A DNA stretch of 64,000 nucleotides, taken from Pseudogymnoascus verrucosus (Eukaryota). The first letter of the stretch is position 1. Each line of letters starts with the position of its first letter. The stretch lies in assembly GCA_001662655.1 (NCBI GenBank), contig KV460257.1; one strand, given 5' to 3'. The notes beneath the pieces were generated by a model, which saw nothing but the letters and a program-made list of their open reading frames with translations, was not told the DNA's origin and searched no databases. Made by a program: the position numbers and the translations under genes. Shown piece by piece: positions 60,972-64,000 of this stretch.

Positions 60972-62651
60972 CTAGGTCGATGGTCGCGGTTTAAGCTTCA
61001 TCCACCCGTTAGAGCCGCGCTTCGCGTCGGTGCGTGTAGAAGCTTCAGGTGAGCGCTCAAGGCTAGCAAAGCTCTCCCCCAAAAGGCCCGGACCACGAGC
61101 TTCCCCCTCCCCTTCACCCTCACCATCTCTAGAGCTACCAACATTGCTGGTGCTCCCGCCAGCGCCCCTCTCTCCCTCGTTACCCCCCTTGTCCCCCTTA
61201 CCACCCTTATCCGCTTGCTCCTCGTCCACCTCCCCCTCCACCATCTCCCACCCCGCCCCCACAACCTCAGCCAACAAATCCCTCCTCAGCCTATCCGCCA
61301 TCTTCACCGGCCCCAACAACCTAAACCCCCTCACCAGCTCCTCCCCCCCCTTCCCCACCAAATTCGAATGCCTAGCCCCATGACTATACCTCCCCAACCC
61401 AAGCCCCTCACTCCCACTATCCCCGCTCGCCACGGTAGGCACCCCCGCCGCCGAGGGCGCCGCCGGCGGCGCCCTGCCTCCAATGAGGAGGTTATAGAGG
61501 TTTTTCCCTATGGCTGTCATGTCTTCGAAGGGGACGCCTTTTTCTTTACTCACTGCCCCGGAGCCGAGTTCTATGCCCTGAGACTTGCATAACCAAGCCA
61601 CGTCGTACGCTAACAGTGCCGTGGCTTCTACAAACGTCGTATAAGCCCCCGGATCCTCCTTTGCTAGCCTCGGCAGCGGGGTCTTGACGAACAGCGGTCG
61701 CGGGCGGGGCATATTCCTATCCAGCGGCGGCGGTGTGCGCGAGCGTCCATGGGCTGTTAGTAGACGACTCGCGCTCGGTGAAGGTGTCTGGGCTGGGGTG
61801 CCAGGAAACGGAACCGGTTTATCGGTGTAAGACGAGGCTACCGAAAAGATAGTAGGGAGCGGGTAATCCGCGTGCGGCAGCGTGATCTCGGCCGGTAACC
61901 GGACAGAGAGATACCGACTCACCAGCACGAGAAGATTCGCCACATGTCCAAGGCTTGTGCTAATCAGCGTCGCCGACGCATTATTCATATATCTCAAATC
62001 CACAATTCTCACCCCTCCAATTGTATACTCGTCCGCCCCCGCCCCGCCCCTAACCCTCACCCTCTGCAGTCCATAAAGTTCCGCAGCCTGGTAACACAGA
62101 AACGCCCTTGCTTGCACCGTCAAAGCATGCGCGTGGTTCCAGCGATAGGTACTCATCTTCGACGCCTTAGCAAGGTCGTCCAAAGCTCTTTGTTGCCGGG
62201 CTGCGAGGCCGTTCCGCGCTTTTTCGAGAGCCCGCTGCCGTGCTGCTAGGGCGGCTTTGCGGGCTGCGATGGAGGCGCGCGCATGCGTGAGGGAGAGGCG
62301 CAGGGTGTCGGCTTTGAGGATTATTTCAGCTGTGCGTGCTGCGGAGGCGTCGCGCTCGGAGAGGGTGACGGAGAGGGCGAGTGCGAGTTGTTCGGGGGTG
62401 CGGTCATCTGTGGGGGGTTCGGTGGAGGGGGGGTTATAGGTGTGTTCTTTCCCCTCGGAGGGGGAGGAGGACGAGGGGTCTTCGGTGGTGAGGGCTGCGA
62501 TTTTCTGGCTTAGGGCGTCGTTTTGGAGGAGCACTTCGGCGTGGCGGAGGCGGGACTCGTAGAGTTGGTTTCGGGCGTCGGTGGCGCAGAGGAAGGGGAG
62601 TTTGCGGCTGCCGGGGCGGAAGCAGATGTCGCAGTGAATTTTGCCGTCCAT
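60972..62651 (-). CDS. atg14: Atg14/Vps38 (UVRAG) family PI3-kinase complex subunit
   Basis: N-terminal CDIC..LPFLCATDARN, long coiled coil, ISTSLGHVANLLVLVSRYLSVRLPAEITLPH, LLAYDVAWLCKSQG; likely start MDGKIH at 62651. Atg14 versus Vps38 is not resolved by eye. Confidence 0.8.
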   Translation of the reverse strand: MDGKIHCDICFRPGSRKLPFLCATDARNQLYESRLRHAEVLLQNDALSQKIAALTTEDPSSSSPSEGKEHTYNPPSTEPPTDDRTPEQLALALSVTLSERDASAARTAEIILKADTLRLSLTHARASIAARKAALAARQRALEKARNGLAARQQRALDDLAKASKMSTYRWNHAHALTVQARAFLCYQAAELYGLQRVRVRGGAGADEYTIGGVRIVDLRYMNNASATLISTSLGHVANLLVLVSRYLSVRLPAEITLPHADYPLPTIFSVASSYTDKPVPFPGTPAQTPSPSASRLLTAHGRSRTPPPLDRNMPRPRPLFVKTPLPRLAKEDPGAYTTFVEATALLAYDVAWLCKSQGIELGSGAVSKEKGVPFEDMTAIGKNLYNLLIGGRAPPAAPSAAGVPTVASGDSGSEGLGLGRYSHGARHSNLVGKGGEELVRGFRLLGPVKMADRLRRDLLAEVVGAGWEMVEGEVDEEQADKGGKGDKGGNEGERGAGGSTSNVGSSRDGEGEGEGEARGPGLLGESFASLERSPEASTRTDAKRGSNGWMKLKPRPST

Positions 62652-63152
62652 TTTGTAGGTTTGCGGATGTGAAGCCTTGGGATGTGCTCGAGGTGGGATG
62701 AGGAGATAGGCGGTGTCGGGCCTTGTAGGTATGTCGATAGGCACAGCCTGCGATGTGATTGAGTTTCAGCGAGGAGATAGCATCGTTATATATGGTGTTT
62801 CGGAGCTGATATATTCGGCTTTGAGGTGTGTCTTTCAGTTGCTTGGAGATTCGGAGACTATGGGTCGTTCACGCATCGTCTGAAGGTAGTCACGATGGTA
62901 ACCTGGGTCGATTAATCTTATCTTATCTGCACGTGATACGGCGTGTGTACCTGCCTATCAATAGCCTCGCTGCGAGGCTCACATATAAATAGAACTGCAA
63001 GGTCAATCACCACGACATATCACCATAAGATCAAGACTTGAGAATAAATAATTCTGAATGTGAAGCTACCAACCAATTACCTGGTCTTCCAAGCCGGTAT
63101 CAGCTTTGCTACTTTCTCAACTCCAGAAAAACAAACCCCAACCCACATCACA

Positions 63153-63889
63153 ATGGCCCAGGATGAGAGCCCCACAATCCAAGTAGAGGAAACGCAGTAC
63201 GATGCCAACAAGGAGCCATATGTCCAAGCATCCCAACCCGATCCCAAGAACAAAGAATCCCCTCCAACCGCCCAGAAACCCAAAACCCCAGGCCAACTGA
63301 TGACACCAGCCACCCCTCGCACCAGGGCGGAGTCTGCTCAAACTCCTCCCCTCGGCCCCGCGCCCAGCCTGCCATCTCAATACCCAGTGCCGCAGAGCCC
63401 AAGCCAGGAGAGCGACGATGGCAGCTCTGAGAATTCAGATGATGGACCTAAGGAGGCGCACCGTGAAAAGGAAAAGGTTGATCCGCACGTGCTTCCCCAG
63501 TTTGACTGGGAGGGGTTGGAAACGGAGTACTACGCCGCTTTGAGCAGGGCGAACGATGTTGAGGCAAATCTCAACGAGGAGTTCAAGGCGCTTGCTAATG
63601 TGAGGACTTCGTTACGTCTTATCTGCCATTGCACTTTTCTGACAAATCTCATAGTTCTTCGCTCAATGGTCCAATATGTCGCTTGCAAAAGACGAGGAGA
63701 GGGCTGTGAAACGGTTCAGGACGAGGCAGGAGCATGTGTTTCACTCGGAAGACAAGTTTTCGAAGAAAAAAGAACACCGTAAGTGGCGATCTTTGGCGTT
63801 GTGTGGGTATATATGCTGACTACTTTGCAGATGAGGAGGTGGTTAAGGCGCTTAAATCCGTGATGGCGCTTATGCACCACACTAATTGA
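63153..63889 (+). CDS. Hypothetical protein with C-terminal helical domain
   Basis: ATG 63153, introns ~63600-63654 and ~63779-63830. LPQFDWEGLETEY..FFAQW..DEERAVKRFRTR..EEVVKALKSVMALM; TGA 63887-63889. Confidence 0.75.
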
Positions 63890-64000
63890 GTGGGTTCTGT
63901 TAATGGATGCAATGAAATGCGCAAGAGCTGGGGGTGAATGGATGGCTGGAGAGGTTGTGATGTGAAGTATGCTACCAAGGTCAGGGGACAGAAGCGTGGA

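Overview
Eukaryotic DNA from a filamentous ascomycete. GT..CTAAC..AG spliceosomal introns occur throughout; the gene content and compositional style suggest a Leotiomycete, possibly Pseudogymnoascus, but that is inference only. I support about 23 protein-coding loci, most of them spliced. In order: a Zn2Cys6 transcription factor (-), CIA2/MIP18, three tandem 2EXR-domain paralogues, a metallo-beta-lactamase-fold protein, an amidase, a SAM methyltransferase, three secreted-protein loci, PFA4, a GH76 enzyme, OSM1 fumarate reductase-cytochrome b5, a FAS1-domain protein, SIN3, a 100-aa orphan, a Leu3/LeuB-like TF, a Myb-like protein, a membrane protein, APT1, an Atg14-family protein and a hypothetical protein. 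I found no tRNA, rRNA, CRISPR array or transposase. Most of the window is ordinary housekeeping and regulatory genome, and I cannot claim a clearly new multi-gene system. The best leads are five. (1) A 10-Cys secreted mini-protein whose frame is interrupted by a single in-frame TGA. (2) A spliced 58-aa secreted peptide absent from the ORF track. (3) A tandem 2EXR array with duplicated promoters. (4) A non-coding array of about 8 copies of a TGCAC(G/A)GCGCTTCC motif with variable spacers. (5) A recurrent C-rich to G-rich compositional switch that ignores gene orientation. Gene names come from recognising motifs, not from database searches.
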